The notes beneath the pieces are model-generated. The model was not told the DNA's origin, ran no database searches, and saw nothing but the letters and a program-made list of their open reading frames with translations. A program made the position numbers and the translations under genes. A stretch of 61,958 nucleotides of DNA, from IMG/VR virus record IMGVR_UViG_3300025759_000095; one strand, given 5' to 3'. Shown here piece after piece: positions 60,581 through 61,958 of this stretch. Every line of letters begins with the position of its first letter. Position 1 is the first letter of the stretch. The stretch is from a virus.

Positions 60581-60814
60581 TTAGTAATCTCCTTTTTTAA
60601 TTTGTTCCGCTTTATATTGTGCCTCAAACAAAAGGTCAACCAATTCGTCGAGGGCTTCAGTTTTAGATATATAACAACTTCCTTTGTCGCTATATTCCCA
60701 ACCCTGCCATTTATCGGTTTGGTTGTCTGCTTGTTCCTCTCTATCGTAAATCTCATCTTTGATTTTTTCAATGTAATTTTCCAATTGAGTTATAATTTTG
60801 GTTAATTGTGCCAT
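60581..60814 (-). CDS. Small acidic helical protein (77 aa from MAQLTKII)
   Basis: I trimmed the track ORF 60581..60871 to the ATG at 60814, because the upstream extension runs through the structured hairpin. I prefer it over the overlapping same-strand ORF 60568..60771 on composition. Confidence 0.5.
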   Translation of the reverse strand: MAQLTKIITQLENYIEKIKDEIYDREEQADNQTDKWQGWEYSDKGSCYISKTEALDELVDLLFEAQYKAEQIKKGDY

Positions 60815-60837
60815 AATGTTAATTTTAATTGTTAGAT

Positions 60838-60877
60838 GATAAAGGGGGAATCGAACCCCCTCGAGAACCATTTTATC
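60838..60877 (-). terminator. tRNA T-arm-like hairpin, possible terminator or structured element
   Basis: The minus strand reads gataaa-atggttctcga-GGGGG-TTCGATT-CCCCC-tttatc. The inner G5/C5 stem carries the canonical T-loop sequence, a 6-bp outer stem encloses it, and the element ends in TTTAT. It lies between the 37-aa ORF and the 60814 gene. Confidence 0.4.
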
Positions 60878-60879
60878 TT

Positions 60880-60993
60880 TTAAATTACCCTTATTAAGTG
60901 GCTAACTATTAGCAATAGACCGCACACAAACAGCGAGGCTAAACCCATTAATAAGCCGTTAATAATTCCGTTAAGTAAAGTTTTATTTTTCAT
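60880..60993 (-). CDS. Possible small hydrophobic protein (37 aa)
   Basis: My own translation: MKNKTLLNGIINGLLMGLASLFVCGLLLIVSHLIRVI. A single TM-like segment, below the ORF-track cut-off. Confidence 0.3.
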   Translation of the reverse strand: MKNKTLLNGIINGLLMGLASLFVCGLLLIVSHLIRVI

Positions 60994-61006
60994 GATCATT
61001 TTTATT

Positions 61007-61303
61007 TTAGTTCGTATAATGTTTCAAATATCCGTTTGAGCGAGGAATAAAATATTCTTCCTCTCTCACAATTCCGCCAATATCATGAGCGTAAGTAATT
61101 GACATATCTATATCTTCAATTTTTGCATCAGGATTTAAATTTTTAAAGTTCTCTAAACCGATAAAGCATTTTGCGATTTCTTCACTCATTTTAAAGTATA
61201 TAAAATCATACATTGCAACCTCTGAAATATAACCCGCTTTAACTAAATATTTGTTTAGTAAATGTTTTACTATTATTCTGTTTTTGTTTCTTGTGTTTCC
61301 CAT
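61007..61303 (-). CDS. Hypothetical protein (98 aa)
   Basis: ORF starting 1 nt after the upstream stop. No motif recognised. Confidence 0.5.
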   Translation of the reverse strand: MGNTRNKNRIIVKHLLNKYLVKAGYISEVAMYDFIYFKMSEEIAKCFIGLENFKNLNPDAKIEDIDMSITYAHDIGGIVREEEYFIPRSNGYLKHYTN

Positions 61304-61304
61304 T

Positions 61305-61736
61305 TTATTTTACGTTAAGTTTATATATTATTTCGTGTTTAGTTTCTGTGATGAATTCTAAACCGAACCCGATTTTATTTAAAATTCTTTCCATTGAAGA
61401 AAAACCGCAAGCCCCATCAATTGAGGTGCTTGTGTGTTTTGATGCTCTTCTTTGAGATTTATTCGTTTTGTTGTTGTAATGTCTTAAGCCGTAGAATTTA
61501 GATGAATCTAAACGCTTCAATTCATTGCCAAAATAATGAGCAATTAACCGACCGAACGCCGTTCCTTGCTTGTCGTATCCGTAACCGCCCGCCCCGAATT
61601 GGGTTTTATCGTTTCGCTTGTCGTAAATCCTAACGGGTCGCATTCCCGACTTACCCCAACGAAAAATGAGCGTTTCTAGTTTCCAATTGTCAGACAAAAA
61701 CTCTTGCCTTGTTTGTTTGTTTAATAAGTATTTCAT
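61305..61736 (-). CDS. Hypothetical protein (143 aa), first gene of the leftward arm
   Basis: ORF with natural composition, preceded by a TAGTTTTG box. No motif recognised. Confidence 0.55.
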   Translation of the reverse strand: MKYLLNKQTRQEFLSDNWKLETLIFRWGKSGMRPVRIYDKRNDKTQFGAGGYGYDKQGTAFGRLIAHYFGNELKRLDSSKFYGLRHYNNKTNKSQRRASKHTSTSIDGACGFSSMERILNKIGFGLEFITETKHEIIYKLNVK

Positions 61737-61761
61737 AATAATAAAATTAATTGTTCGTCAA

Positions 61762-61769
61762 CAAAACTA
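61762..61769 (-). promoter_or_regulatory. Candidate leftward early promoter -7 box (TAGTTTTG on minus strand)
   Basis: Plus-strand caaaacta is TAGTTTTG on the minus strand, 25 nt upstream of the ATG at 61736. It lies in the divergent control region. Confidence 0.45.
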
Positions 61770-61786
61770 AGTTATATTTATTTAGT

Positions 61787-61816
61787 ATGCAAATAAAATG
61801 CAAATAAAATGCATTT
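61787..61816. repeat. 11-bp tandem repeat (atgcaaataaa x2 plus a partial copy) ending in the palindrome aaatgcattt
   Basis: Read directly: atgcaaataaa at 61787 and 61798, then atgcattt at 61809. The sequence aaatgcattt is its own reverse complement. Confidence 0.9.
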
Positions 61817-61884
61817 AACAGATTACAAAAAGTTTATATTGACCCCTTGTTTTGTTTAGGTTTGCTTTTTTGGTGGGGGGTATA

Positions 61885-61958
61885 ACACGAGGGAAGGCCG
61901 AGAGCGTACAAAGTCGTAAACTTTGGGGAATCGTAGAACGTAACGAGGGGAAATCCTA
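61885..61958. repeat. Terminal direct repeat, right copy (identical to 1..74)
   Basis: The last 74 nt are identical to the first 74 nt. Confidence 0.95.

Noticed and set aside
60568-60771. Alternative same-strand ORF (67 aa) overlapping 60581..60814 in another frame
   Set aside because: The competing frame gives a natural acidic helical protein and has the conserved TAACTATG junction at its 3' neighbour. This frame gives a K/N/R-rich sequence with no supporting start context.
54347-60805. Plus-strand track ORFs inside the minus-strand arm: 54347..54574, 55652..55852, 56385..56771 and 60602..60805
   Set aside because: They are antisense to the motif-supported genes (primase-helicase, exonuclease, annealase) or to a well-composed small gene. 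Their translations are Phe/Leu/Ser/Cys-rich, as is typical of shadow frames.
60838-60877. A tRNA gene on the minus strand, suggested by the perfect GGGGGTTCGATTCCCCC T-arm
   Set aside because: I could not form D or anticodon arms. The only sequence complementary to the 3' acceptor strand (tttatc) lies 28 nt upstream, giving a minihelix rather than a cloverleaf, and the upstream DNA is a coding-looking 37-aa ORF. I report it as a structured element, not a tRNA.
1-61958. An integrated prophage or temperate lifestyle, with the end repeats as att sites
   Set aside because: I recognised no integrase, recombinase, excisionase or CI/Cro-like repressor pair, and no flanking host genes. The 74-bp repeats close the genome on itself within a non-coding control region rather than bracketing an insertion.

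Overview
The window is one complete, AT-rich dsDNA phage genome. Its first 74 nt recur exactly as its last 74 nt, leaving 61,884 unique bp, so it is either a circularly closed assembly or a terminally redundant linear genome.

Coding is dense and split into two arms. They diverge from a roughly 1-kb control region spanning the window junction (61737..61958 plus 1..824, interrupted only by a 60-aa ORF). They converge with overlapping stop codons at 48985..49004.

The 48.7-kb plus arm carries:
- a GroEL-like/GroES-like chaperonin pair;
- two separate arrays of three tandem tail-fibre paralogues (six fibre genes, four with C-terminal S74-type intramolecular-chaperone domains);
- a lysis/envelope block (M15 peptidase, holin-like and secreted proteins);
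- clusters of tiny, very basic proteins;
- a podovirus-like morphogenesis block (terminase, portal, a PAP2 phosphatase, scaffold, capsid, tail and internal-virion proteins, including 1652-aa and 2225-aa giants).

The 12.7-kb minus arm carries early replication and recombination genes plus about 20 small ORFans. The recognisable genes are a primase-helicase, an SNF2 helicase with VRR-NUC, a PD-(D/E)XK exonuclease with a Rad52/Sak-like annealase and an SSB-like protein, and a metallophosphoesterase.

Recurrent TAnnTTTG -7 boxes, often extended to TATCTTTGTAAA, and the lack of obvious Shine-Dalgarno sequences point to a Bacteroidota (Flavobacteriia-like) host. I recognised no integrase, repressor, DNA polymerase, RNA polymerase, complete tRNA or CRISPR array.

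The best candidates for something new are the dual triple-fibre arrays, the chaperonin pair, the head-module PAP2 enzyme and the extended envelope/lysis block. All functional calls come from motif recognition by eye; no database search or folding computation was possible.
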